The translations under genes were made by a program, and so were the position numbers. From positions 10,354 through 74,353 of the forward strand of contig JACZJC010000035.1 in the NCBI GenBank assembly GCA_014860745.1: DNA of 64,000 nt. Direction: 5' to 3'. This document shows, in pieces, positions 63,917 through 64,000 of this stretch; the stretch's first letter is position 1, and each line of letters opens with the position of its first letter. Source of the DNA: Anaerolineales bacterium. GTDB lineage: Bacteria; Chloroflexota; Anaerolineae; Anaerolineales; Villigracilaceae. The notes under the pieces are model-generated. The model did no database searches. It worked only from the letters and a program-made list of their open reading frames with translations, and had not been told where the DNA came from.

Positions 63917-64000
63917 CGTTCACCTAGATAAGTTCAACGATCTGCCCCGTTTTGTTGGACGTGTGAATCGCATCCACCAATCTCTGCACGCGGACGCCAT

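Noticed and set aside
1-64000. IS transposase, RAYT, prophage or tRNA genes
   Set aside because: No DDE, HUH/Y1, serine or tyrosine recombinase or phage structural motifs in the ORF set and no cloverleaf seen by eye; tRNAscan and ISEScan would be needed to exclude them formally.

Overview
Bacterial chromosomal window with moderately high GC. Gene content and repeat families suggest Anaerolineales/Chloroflexota, which is an inference. Left to right it contains: (1) a BMP-family nucleoside/sugar ABC transporter operon (334-5307); (2) five tandem lipoproteins with Thr/Pro-rich linkers and NBR1-type Ig (FW) domains, three of the junctions carrying long hairpins (5484-10479); (3) queG and rdgB, then an alpha/beta hydrolase and an orphan GAF histidine kinase; (4) a ~49 kb, mostly minus-strand cell-surface glycan locus (14797-63916). 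That locus encodes PAPS synthesis (sat/cysC fusion), four sulfotransferases, a nonulosonic acid pathway (NeuB, NeuA-HAD fusion, a second cytidylyltransferase, Maf/DUF115 and KpsS-like transferases), three GT2 enzymes, an O-antigen ligase and about nine polytopic GT-C-like proteins. Embedded in it on the plus strand is an AT-rich integron-type cassette array (22635-29632). The array has a near-consensus promoter (TTGACC-N17-TATAAT), an attI-like site and five recognisable attC sites. In four of them the left core box base-pairs with the start of the same cassette; the fifth is degenerate. No integrase gene is present, and a 15-unit heptamer tract lies where intI would be expected. The window also carries many small palindromic repeats of several families. 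Some are inserted in frame in coding genes, including two different repeats in the same loop of two paralogous glycosyltransferases. Two single genes (GxxExxY nuclease-like and four-helix bundle) are bracketed by inverted repeats. I found no rRNA, tRNA, CRISPR array or transposase. All calls are by eye from motifs; no database searches were run.
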